A program made the translations under genes and the position numbers. From Candidatus Sumerlaeia bacterium (GTDB lineage: Bacteria > Sumerlaeota > Sumerlaeia > SLMS01 > JAHLLQ01), in contig JAHCAW010000001.1 of assembly GCA_019634695.1 (NCBI GenBank), positions 48,328-112,327 on the forward strand: 64,000 bases of DNA, written 5' to 3'. This document shows positions 55,786 to 64,000 of the stretch, in pieces. Under the pieces are notes generated by a model. The model was not told the origin of the DNA, ran no database searches, and saw only the letters and a list, made by a program, of their open reading frames with translations. Positions within the stretch are counted from its first letter, which is position 1. The number at the start of each line of letters is the position of its first letter.

Positions 55786-58503
55786 TTGCCTGAGGGGCCG
55801 GGGTGGGGGAGGGTGCCGGCGGAACGCTTGGGACGGGGGTTTGGCGTGAGCTGGCACTCAGGAAAGCGAAGCACTGTAATACTGGCCGGGGTCTTTCTCG
55901 CGCTGGCGGCGGGGTTGTGGGCGCAGACGATTCCGGAGCGGCTGGACGCGGTCTTCAGCCGGTCGACGGTGATTGCGAACGACTGGAGCGTGCTGGTCGA
56001 GAGCGCCGACGGGGCGGCGGAGTATTACGCGCGCGGGGCGGACCTGCCGCTCATCCCGGCGTCGAACCAGAAGATGTTCACGACGGCGGCGGCGTTCGGG
56101 TTGCTCGGCGTGAACCATGAGTTCGAGACGCGCATCTACCACACGGGCACGCTGTCGGCCGGGGCGATCTCGGGCGACATCGTGATCCTGAGCGAGCACG
56201 ACCCGACGTGGAACACGTCGGTGTTCGGCAGCGGCAACTCGCGACGGGCGCTGGATCATATCGCGAACCGGTTGCACGGGCTGGGCGTGCGGTCGGTGGC
56301 CGGCAGCGTGCGCGGCTACGGCGCGATGTTCTACAATCTGGGATCCACGAACACGAACCACGCGCCCGCGAATCAGGTGGCGAGGAACAACGAGGCGGCG
56401 ACGGCGTTCCGCGATGCGCTGGTGGCGCGCGGCATCTCGGTGGCGGGCACGACGGTGTCGTCGGTGTACTCGTTCACGCCGCCGACGGGTTCCACGTTGT
56501 TGCTGACGCACCAGTCGGGCGATCTGACGTACAGCGGGCGCCGCTTGACGGTCGAGGTCGCCTCGATCGCGATCAACCGGCCGAGCCACAACCCGATGGC
56601 GGACTATCTGCTGCGGCACATTGGCTATCAACTGCATCCGCAGAAGCAGGACAGCTACGCGGCGGGTGGCGCGTTGGCATTGGCGTGGTTCCGCGACGTG
56701 GCCGGACTCGATGTCACGGGCATGGCGATCCACGACGGGTCGGGGCTTTCGTACAGCAACCGCGTGACGGCGCGCCAGACGCTGCACCTGACGCGGTGGA
56801 TGATGGCGAACTATCCGTCGTGGGGCGACACGCTGACGGTGAGCGGCGTGAACGGCACGATGGCGTCGCGGCTGACGGACTACTCGGGACGCTTTCTGGG
56901 CAAGACGGGTTCGCTGGGCATCTGCATCGCCTTGTCGGGCTTCTTCAACCATCCGGTGGACGGGCGTCGGTACTACATCGCGATGATCGGAAACCGCTCG
57001 TCGATCGACCAGACGGCGACGCGCGGCGCGGTGGACGATGCCGTGCGCGTGTTGGGCAGCACGCGGATCATGCCAATCTCGCCAGGCCTGCTGGCGGTGC
57101 GCAACGACGGCCCCGGCACGGTGCGCGTGGACTGGGCGGACAACGCGCTGACCGCGACCGGGTACGTTCTGCGCGGGAGCAGCGAAGGGGTCGCCTTTCC
57201 GTTCGTGCCGATGTTCCCCGTGCCCTACATCATCGAATCGTCGGCGCCGGGCTTGAACAACCAGGACTACACGGAAGTCGGCACCTGGCAGGCGAGCACG
57301 GCGCACAGCACGGCGCCGGGTCTGACGGCGGGCGCCGGTTCGCGGTTCACGGTGCGCACCTCGGGGACGGCGCAGGCGCGTTTCGCGCCGTCGGGGCTGG
57401 GCACGGGGCGCTATCGCGTGGACGTGACGTGCTACGACTTTGCGAGCGCGAGCGCGCCGGGCACGACGGTGCGTCTGGTCGATGCGCGTGGCACGCGCAC
57501 CGCGACGTTCGACCTGTCGAGCGACACGGCGGGCAACCGCTGGCGTTCGGTCGGCGCGGTCGAGTTCGTCGCCGGCGCGGGGCACTACGTCGAGTTCGAC
57601 AACAGCGCGCAACTGCTGACCGGCTCGAACGATCGGTTGAATCCGGCGGCGGTGCGCTTCGTGCCGCTGTTTCATCGCGAGACGGGGCTGGCAGCCGATG
57701 CGCGGCGGTACTATCGCGTTGCGGCGGTCGGGCCGTCGGGCGCCGAGGGCGAGCCGTCGAACACCTATGCGGTGCTGGTGGGCGACTCGCCGCGGGTGCT
57801 GGTGGTCGATGGCAACGACCGTTGGCGCACGCAGTCGGAGAACACGGGCCGTGGCAATCATGCGTGGGCGGCGATCAATGCGGCGGCCATCGCGGATCGT
57901 CCGCACGACGCGGCGGACAATGATGCCGTGATTGCCGGACTGGTGCGCCTGCACGACTACGGCGCGGTCGTCTGGGCGCTGGGCGAGGAGTCCACCGTCG
58001 ACCGCACCTTCGACGCCACCGAACAGGCGCTTGTCACCGACTACCTGACGAGTCGCGGCGGCGCGCTGTTCTTCAGCGGCGCCGAAGTGGGCTACGATCT
58101 GGACCGCGACACGAACTTCACGGACCCCGACAGCCTGTTCTATCGCACCGTCCTGCGCCACCGCTATGTGGCGGACAACTCGGGCATCCGGGTGGTGGAC
58201 AGCGTCGCGGACGAACTGTTCGCGGGCATCGACGGACTGGACTTCTCGCAGAGCCCGATGCAGGTGGACTGGCCGGACGTGGTGGCACCGATCAACGGCT
58301 CGGTGGTCGCGTTGCAGTATCGCGGCACGACACTGGGCGCCGGGGTGGCGTACCGCGGCGAGGGCGGCGGCTCGGTGATCGGGCTGGGCTTTCCGTTCGA
58401 GGCGATCGGCGACGCGGGCCAGCGCACGGCGCTGATGACGCGTGCGCTGGACTTCCTGCTGCCGGCTTCGCCGACGACGGGCTCGGGCTGGGTGCTGTAC
58501 TGA
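55786..58503 (+). CDS. PBP4-type D-Ala-D-Ala carboxypeptidase/endopeptidase (S13) with a C-terminal multidomain extension of about 480 aa
   Basis: Carries the SxxK motif PASNQKMFT, HDGSGLS and the KTG motif GKTGSL. The start is uncertain; a GTG at 55846 would give a cleaner signal anchor. Confidence 0.8.
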   Translation: MPEGPGWGRVPAERLGRGFGVSWHSGKRSTVILAGVFLALAAGLWAQTIPERLDAVFSRSTVIANDWSVLVESADGAAEYYARGADLPLIPASNQKMFTTAAAFGLLGVNHEFETRIYHTGTLSAGAISGDIVILSEHDPTWNTSVFGSGNSRRALDHIANRLHGLGVRSVAGSVRGYGAMFYNLGSTNTNHAPANQVARNNEAATAFRDALVARGISVAGTTVSSVYSFTPPTGSTLLLTHQSGDLTYSGRRLTVEVASIAINRPSHNPMADYLLRHIGYQLHPQKQDSYAAGGALALAWFRDVAGLDVTGMAIHDGSGLSYSNRVTARQTLHLTRWMMANYPSWGDTLTVSGVNGTMASRLTDYSGRFLGKTGSLGICIALSGFFNHPVDGRRYYIAMIGNRSSIDQTATRGAVDDAVRVLGSTRIMPISPGLLAVRNDGPGTVRVDWADNALTATGYVLRGSSEGVAFPFVPMFPVPYIIESSAPGLNNQDYTEVGTWQASTAHSTAPGLTAGAGSRFTVRTSGTAQARFAPSGLGTGRYRVDVTCYDFASASAPGTTVRLVDARGTRTATFDLSSDTAGNRWRSVGAVEFVAGAGHYVEFDNSAQLLTGSNDRLNPAAVRFVPLFHRETGLAADARRYYRVAAVGPSGAEGEPSNTYAVLVGDSPRVLVVDGNDRWRTQSENTGRGNHAWAAINAAAIADRPHDAADNDAVIAGLVRLHDYGAVVWALGEESTVDRTFDATEQALVTDYLTSRGGALFFSGAEVGYDLDRDTNFTDPDSLFYRTVLRHRYVADNSGIRVVDSVADELFAGIDGLDFSQSPMQVDWPDVVAPINGSVVALQYRGTTLGAGVAYRGEGGGSVIGLGFPFEAIGDAGQRTALMTRALDFLLPASPTTGSGWVLY

Positions 58504-58516
58504 CGGCCGTCGTGCG

Positions 58517-59593
58517 TTACGAATGCACCGCGATCCCGCGCATGCGCAGCCGCAGGTTGTTGGCGCTGTCGGCGAACTGGAAGGCGTCCTCCTCGGTGAC
58601 GAGGCCCTGCTCCCAGAGCTGGTGGATGTGAATATCGAAGGTCTGGTTGCCCTGGTTGGTGGTCTGGGCCATGGCGGACTTGATGGCCTTGATCTCGCCC
58701 TTCTGGACGAGTTCGGTGATCGTGGGCGTGGCGAGCATGATTTCGAGTGCGGCGACGCGGCCGCCTCCGCGCTTGGGCAGCAGGCGTTGGCTGATGATCG
58801 CCCTCAGGTTGAGCGACAGTTGCAGGAAGAGCTGCTCCTGATAGTCGTGCGGGAAGAAGTTGCTGATGCGCTCCAGCGTCTGGTTGGCGTTGTTGCTGTG
58901 GAGCGTGGCGAGCACCAAGTGGCCGGTCTCGGAGGCGTGCAGGGCGAAACCCATCGTCTCGGTGTCGCGAATTTCGCCGATGAAGATGACCTTGGGCGCC
59001 TGGCGCAGCGAGTTCTTCAGCGCCATGTGGAACGACTTGGTGTCGATGCCGACTTCGCGCTGGGTGATGATGCACTGGTTGTGGCGGTGGACGAACTCGA
59101 TCGGGTCCTCGATGGTGATGATGTGGCCGCCGCCCTTCTGGTTGCGGTAGTTGATCATCGCGGCCAGCGTGGTGGACTTGCCCGATCCGGTGGGGCCGGT
59201 GACCAGGACGAGGCCGCGTTCGGCCATGACGAGCTGGCCAAGGCGCGACGGCATGCCGAGTTCCTCGAGCGAGGGGATGTTCTCGGTGATGCGGCGAATG
59301 ACGAGGCCGACGGAGCCGCGCTGCGTGTAGATGTTGACGCGGAAGCGGGCGATGCCGGGCAGGGCGTACGAGAGGTTGACTTCGAGTTCCTGTTCGAACT
59401 CCTCGCGCTCCTGCTCGCGCATGATCTCGTAGGCGTAGGCGTGGCTGTCCTTGGGCAGGACGGTGAAGTTGGCGGCGCTGACGAACTTGCCGTGGAGCGA
59501 GAGCTTGGGCTCGGAGCCTGGGCAGATGTAGAGGTCCGATGCCTCCTTGGTCACCATGTCCTGGAGCAGGTCGTTCAGGGGAATGCGGTCCAT
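58517..59593 (-). CDS. pilU: PilT-family type IV pilus retraction ATPase, PilU-like
   Basis: Carries Walker A GPTGSGKST, Walker B VIFIGEIRD, GHLVLATLHSNNANQTLERISNFFP (PilU-like His box) and ITIEDPIEF. Confidence 0.8.
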   Translation of the reverse strand: MDRIPLNDLLQDMVTKEASDLYICPGSEPKLSLHGKFVSAANFTVLPKDSHAYAYEIMREQEREEFEQELEVNLSYALPGIARFRVNIYTQRGSVGLVIRRITENIPSLEELGMPSRLGQLVMAERGLVLVTGPTGSGKSTTLAAMINYRNQKGGGHIITIEDPIEFVHRHNQCIITQREVGIDTKSFHMALKNSLRQAPKVIFIGEIRDTETMGFALHASETGHLVLATLHSNNANQTLERISNFFPHDYQEQLFLQLSLNLRAIISQRLLPKRGGGRVAALEIMLATPTITELVQKGEIKAIKSAMAQTTNQGNQTFDIHIHQLWEQGLVTEEDAFQFADSANNLRLRMRGIAVHS

Positions 59594-59639
59594 CGTGGAG
59601 CTTCTCCTTTGGGGGCAGGCCAGTCAGGCGTGGGAGCGG

Positions 59640-61019
59640 TCAGGTCTTCTTGGGTCCGAAGGGGAAGGCCGGGTTGGGGCCGCCGGGCCCGCCGACGCCG
59701 GGAGGAGCCGGTGGTGCGAGCGGACGCGGGGGAGCCGCCTGCGGGGGGCGGGGCGGCATCGGGGGGGGCGGTCCGCCGGCCGGCGGGGGCCCGCCTGCGG
59801 GAGGCCGGGGCAGGGGCGGCCGGGGAGGAGGCGGCGGGGGCGGCGCGCCGCTTCCGGCACCAGTGGCGGCCATGTTGGTGGCCACCATTTGCCGGGCCTC
59901 GCGGGCCAGGTGCTCCTCGAGCTTCTGGACGCCGCCGCGCATGATGAAGTCCGGGTTGTTGGCGCGCGACAGGGCGTCGTATTCGGCGATCTTGCGCTCG
60001 GTCAGCAGGTCCTTGAGCGCCTGGTCCATCGACTGCATGCCGAGCTTCTGGGCGGTCTGGATGATCGTGGCGAGCTGGTGCGTCTTGCCTTCGCGGATGA
60101 GCGAGCGGGTGGCGGCGATGCCGAGCATGATCTCCATGGCGAGGGCGCGACCGGGGCGGTCGCACCGCGGCACCAGGTTCTGGCAGACGATCGCCTCGAA
60201 GGTCTCGGCGAACATCATGCGGACGAGCTTCTGTTGCTCGGGCGGGAAGACGTCGATCACGCGGTCGCAGGTCTTGGGGGCGGACTGCGTGTGCAGGGTG
60301 CCGAAGACGAGGTGGCCGGTTTCGGAGGCGGTCAGCGCGAGCGAGATGGTTTCAAGGTCGCGCATTTCGCCGACGAGGATGATGTCGGGGTCTTCGCGCA
60401 GGGCGCTGCGCAGGGCGGCGGCGAAGCTCTTGGTGTTGGGGCCGACCTCGCGCTGGTTGACCAGACAGCGCTTGTTCTGGTGAACGAACTCGATCGGGTC
60501 CTCGATGGTGAGGATATGGTCGTCGCGCGTCAGGTTGACGTAGTCGATCATGGCGGCCAGGGTGGTGGACTTGCCCGAGCCGGTGGGACCGGTGACGAGG
60601 ACGAGGCCGCGGGGACGGGTCGAGACCTTCATCAGGACGGGCGGCAGGCCGAGTTCCTGGAACGTGCGAATCTTTGTGGGGATGACGCGGAAGACGGCGC
60701 CCTCGCCGCGCATGGTGTAGAAGCAGTTCACGCGGAAGCGGCCGGCGGAGCCGAGCTGGAGGGCGAAGTCGAGTTCCTTGTTCTGTTCCAGGACGCGCCG
60801 CTGGTCGTCGTCCAGGATGTCGTAGAGCATGTGGTGCAGGGCGTCTTTGGTGAGTTCCGGCAGGGCAGTCGGGTTGATGGCGCCGTTGAGACGGTAGCAG
60901 GGCGGCTCGCCGACGGCCAGATGGATGTCGGAGGCCCCGATCTCGATGGCATGCAGGAGGATCGTGGCCAGGTCGTTGCCGGCCGGGACAGTGATGGCTT
61001 GCCGATGGAATTGACTCAT
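59640..61019 (-). CDS. pilT: Type IV pilus twitching-motility ATPase PilT with a 78-aa proline-rich C-terminal tail
   Basis: Carries GPTGSGKST, ILVGEMRD, GHLVFGTLHTQSAPKTCDRVIDVFP and AIRNLIREGK-like SLIREGKTHQ. The tail includes PPPPPPPRPPLPRPPAGGPPPAGGPPPPMPPRPP. Confidence 0.9.
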   Translation of the reverse strand: MSQFHRQAITVPAGNDLATILLHAIEIGASDIHLAVGEPPCYRLNGAINPTALPELTKDALHHMLYDILDDDQRRVLEQNKELDFALQLGSAGRFRVNCFYTMRGEGAVFRVIPTKIRTFQELGLPPVLMKVSTRPRGLVLVTGPTGSGKSTTLAAMIDYVNLTRDDHILTIEDPIEFVHQNKRCLVNQREVGPNTKSFAAALRSALREDPDIILVGEMRDLETISLALTASETGHLVFGTLHTQSAPKTCDRVIDVFPPEQQKLVRMMFAETFEAIVCQNLVPRCDRPGRALAMEIMLGIAATRSLIREGKTHQLATIIQTAQKLGMQSMDQALKDLLTERKIAEYDALSRANNPDFIMRGGVQKLEEHLAREARQMVATNMAATGAGSGAPPPPPPPRPPLPRPPAGGPPPAGGPPPPMPPRPPQAAPPRPLAPPAPPGVGGPGGPNPAFPFGPKKT

Positions 61020-61462
61020 CCGTGTATTCCTTGGGGGACTCGCGGTCGGGGCGATATCCGAACCGGGCCCCGGGAGTGCCGGAACGGCGGTTGGGGCGTC
61101 AGGATTCGCCTTGGCATGTGGGCATGGAAGGCAACGAAGACGCAAGCAAAGGATGGGCGAGTCATCGGGCGCTTTGTGCGGCCCCGGTTCGCCGTTCCAA
61201 GGCCCCTGTGCCCCGGCGCCCCCGTGCTGCCGTGGGTCAGGCTGTCGCAACTGGGTGCCTTGGGGGATACCGGCCGCGTGGGCGGGGGGTGGTCGCCCCG
61301 GGGCCTTGCCGTTCTTTCGCTTGCCCGGCAGGAGGCCGAACCTTTGAGTCTGGCGAACTTGCCGCTCCCGGCTGCTGGTTCCCCCGTCGCCGGCAGACCG
61401 GAACAGAAGTTGATTCACCGGCGAGCGCGACATTGTGCGCAGACTTGCGAGGTGCTCCTCCC

Positions 61463-62971
61463 ATGCTTTCCCCCCGATTTCTGATCCCGATGGCCGCCGT
61501 GGCGCTCTTCCTGACGCCGGCCCGACTCGTCACGGCCCAGTCCACCGACGCCGTCCTGACGACGAACACCTTCATTCGCATCGCGGAACGTACGCTGCCG
61601 GCCGTCGTCAGCATCGAAGTCACCGTCCCGGTCTCCCAGAGCAGCAGCGGTCAGGCCACCCCCGAGAGCATGGACGAGTTCCTGCGCCGCCTGCTGGAGG
61701 AACCCGGCGTCCCGCGCTTCCGCATGCCGGACATGGACCGCTTCGGCTACCGCGGCACCGGCTCCGGCGTCGTCATCTCCGAGCGCGAGGGCTGGGCCTA
61801 CGTCCTGACGAACCGCCACGTGGTCGGCACCAACGACACGGCGCAGTACAAGGTGACGCTGGACCCGTCGGCCGCGACCGAACCGGTCACCGTCGAGGGC
61901 GATTCGGTCGAGTGGGTCGGCGACGACTCGCTGACCGACATCGCGGTCCTGCGCTTCCGGGTGCCCGACGGCCTGGCGCTGCGCGTCATCGATTTCGCCG
62001 ACTCCGACGCCGTGGCGATCGGCGAGTGGGTGCTGGCGCTGGGCAATCCGCTCGAGCTCGGCAACAGCGTCTCGCAGGGGATCATCTCGGCCAAGAACCG
62101 CAGCCTCAACGCGCGCAACCGCATCGACAACCACTTGCAGACGACGGCGGTGATCAATCCGGGCAACTCGGGCGGGCCGCTGGTGAACCTGGACGGCAAG
62201 ATCGTGGGGATCAACAACGCGATCGCGACGGAGACCGGGCGCTGGGCCGGGATCGGGTTCGCCATTCCGGGCAACCTGGCGCGCGACGCGGCCGAGAAGC
62301 TGATCGCCGACGGGCGCGTGTCGCGCGGCTACCTGGGCATCGCGATGCGGGACGTGGTCGACATCAACAGCAGCGCCTACGATCTGCTCCTGAAGGAAGG
62401 CGTGTCGATCGAGGAAGTGCGCCCGAGCACGCCGGCCGAACTGGCCGGGCTGCGCCGCGGCGACGTGGTGGTCGCAGTCGACGAGCGGCGCATCCGCAAC
62501 TCGCAGGAATTGCTCGAGTCGATCGCGACCCGCACGGCCGGCGACACGATCGCGCTGACGGTGACCCGCCACACCGGCGGGGAAAAGCAGGAACTGCGGC
62601 TGGAGGTGGCCTTGATCGAGCGTCCCTCGGAGCAGGAGCTGGCCACGGCTTCGCCGCGCGAGACGACTCCGCGCGGCGGCAACTGGCCGCGATTGGGCCC
62701 ACGCTTGCAGGGCATCGGCGTCAAGCTGGCCCCCGCCACCGATGGCCCCCGCCCCGGCCTCCTCATCGAGGAAGTCGAAGAGGGCACGCCCGCCGCGCGC
62801 GCCGGCCTGCGACCCGGCGACATCCTCTACCAGGTGAATGCCTTCGACGTGCAGTCCTTTGCCGAACTGCGTCGCGCGCTGGCCAACGTCGATGCCGGCG
62901 CCGACCACGTCTTCGTGTTCGAGCGCGAGGGCAAGCAGCAGACCGCCACCGTGGAACAGCCCCGCAACTGA
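61463..62971 (+). CDS. htrA: HtrA/DegP-family periplasmic serine protease with PDZ domains
   Basis: Has a signal peptide and the catalytic triad context TNRHVV, DIAVLR and GNSGGPLVNLDGKIVGINNAI. Two PDZ-like segments follow. Confidence 0.9.
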   Translation: MLSPRFLIPMAAVALFLTPARLVTAQSTDAVLTTNTFIRIAERTLPAVVSIEVTVPVSQSSSGQATPESMDEFLRRLLEEPGVPRFRMPDMDRFGYRGTGSGVVISEREGWAYVLTNRHVVGTNDTAQYKVTLDPSAATEPVTVEGDSVEWVGDDSLTDIAVLRFRVPDGLALRVIDFADSDAVAIGEWVLALGNPLELGNSVSQGIISAKNRSLNARNRIDNHLQTTAVINPGNSGGPLVNLDGKIVGINNAIATETGRWAGIGFAIPGNLARDAAEKLIADGRVSRGYLGIAMRDVVDINSSAYDLLLKEGVSIEEVRPSTPAELAGLRRGDVVVAVDERRIRNSQELLESIATRTAGDTIALTVTRHTGGEKQELRLEVALIERPSEQELATASPRETTPRGGNWPRLGPRLQGIGVKLAPATDGPRPGLLIEEVEEGTPAARAGLRPGDILYQVNAFDVQSFAELRRALANVDAGADHVFVFEREGKQQTATVEQPRN

Positions 62972-62988
62972 AGGAGTCCGTCCGCCCC

Positions 62989-64000
62989 ATGACCGCCGCC
63001 GACATCCAGCAGACCCGTGAACTGGTCGAACGCGAGAGCGCGTTCGTCGCCGATCTCGAAGCCGAGGTTTCCAAACTCGTCGTAGGACAGAAGCGGCTCG
63101 TCGAACGCCTGGTCGTCGCCCTGTTGTGCAACGGCCACGTGCTGCTCGAGGGCCTGCCCGGCCTGGCCAAGACGCTGACGTGCAAGACGCTCGCCGCCTC
63201 CATCGACGCGACGTTCCAGCGCATTCAGTTCACGCCGGACCTGCTGCCCGCCGACGTCGTCGGCACGTTGATCTACAACGTGAAGGAGCAGACCTTCGAG
63301 CCGCGGCGCGGGCCGATCTTCGCGCACTTCGTGCTGGCCGACGAGATCAACCGCGCGCCGGCGAAGGTCCAGAGTGCCCTGCTCGAGGCGATGCAGGAAC
63401 GCCAGGTCACCATCGGCGACACGACGTACGCGCTGCCCGATCCGTTCATCGTGCTGGCAACGCAGAATCCGATCGAGCAGGAGGGCACGTACCCGCTGCC
63501 CGAAGCGCAGGTGGACCGCTTCCTGTTCAAGGTGCACGTGCCGTATCCGACGCGCGACGAGGAGCGCGACATCCTGGACCTGATGGCGGTGGCCGACTCG
63601 CGCCAGCGCGTCTCGACGCGCGACGTGGAGATTCGCCCCGTCGTGTCGCTCGACCGCCTGCGCGCCGCGCGTCCGGTCGTCGATGCCATCTACATGGACG
63701 AGAAGGTGAAGACGTACATCCTGGACCTTGTGGCGGCGACGCGCACGCCGGAGGCATTCGGCATCCGCTTCCGCGGGGGCTCGGGCGGCGGCGGGCCGGT
63801 GCTGGAGAAGGCGATCCAGGTTGGCGCCAGCCCGCGGGCGACGATCGCGCTGGCCGTGGCGGCGCGCGCGCACGCGTTCCTGCGGCGGCGCGGGTATGTC
63901 ACGCCCGACGACGTCAAGGCGATCGGCCCCGACGTGCTGCGCCATCGCATTCTGATTACCTACGAGGCCGAGGCCGAGGAACTGACGAGCGACGATATCG
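62989..64000 (+). CDS. MoxR-family AAA+ ATPase (3' end beyond the window)
   Basis: RBS GAAGGAG. It carries Walker A LLEGLPGLAKT, Walker B VLADEINRA, LATQNPIEQEGTYPLPEAQVDRF and VGASPRA. The frame is open to the window edge. Confidence 0.9.
   Translation, partial: MTAADIQQTRELVERESAFVADLEAEVSKLVVGQKRLVERLVVALLCNGHVLLEGLPGLAKTLTCKTLAASIDATFQRIQFTPDLLPADVVGTLIYNVKEQTFEPRRGPIFAHFVLADEINRAPAKVQSALLEAMQERQVTIGDTTYALPDPFIVLATQNPIEQEGTYPLPEAQVDRFLFKVHVPYPTRDEERDILDLMAVADSRQRVSTRDVEIRPVVSLDRLRAARPVVDAIYMDEKVKTYILDLVAATRTPEAFGIRFRGGSGGGGPVLEKAIQVGASPRATIALAVAARAHAFLRRRGYVTPDDVKAIGPDVLRHRILITYEAEAEELTSDDI

Overview
High-GC bacterial chromosomal window with about 55 protein genes, 2 tRNAs and one IS630-family element. 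Many long antisense ORFs in the track are high-GC artefacts. Start codons were placed by signal peptides, RBS-like GGAGG strings and 4-nt ATGA/GTGA overlaps. Such overlaps occur at 5596, 7822, 9441, 13569, 19915, 28334, 32388 and 36697. The centrepiece spans about 12.0-38.4 kb and is a multiheme c-type cytochrome supercluster. It holds System II cytochrome maturation genes (ccsB/ccsA) and 8 cytochromes. In those 8 proteins I count 75 CXXCH plus 8 CX3CH/CX4CH motifs. They include an ImcH-like 7-heme membrane protein, a CbcL-like 11-heme plus cytochrome-b fusion, and an 18-heme giant made by an internal tandem duplication. The cluster also carries two NHL-propeller lipoproteins, a 683-aa candidate outer-membrane barrel, a redox-dead thioredoxin-fold/TPR protein and its own histidine kinase plus sigma54 activator. 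I read it as a candidate extracellular electron-transfer conduit whose gene content does not match any named conduit I know. The second striking object is a 534-bp array at 44537-45070. It is six tandem hairpin units packed with 47 exact GTCCAC/GTGGAC hexamers, which is the core of the high-GC DnaA box. The rest of the window holds argH and a radical-SAM/SPASM + YkgJ + GMC oxidoreductase + SDR cluster. It also holds GT4 and PMT/ArnT-like glycosyltransferases, a SahR-like regulator with ahcY, and a lower-GC islet with IS630 and DUF2335. A multidomain PBP4, pilU/pilT (PilT carries a proline-rich tail), HtrA and MoxR complete it. No database searches were possible, so all homology calls rest on recognised motifs.
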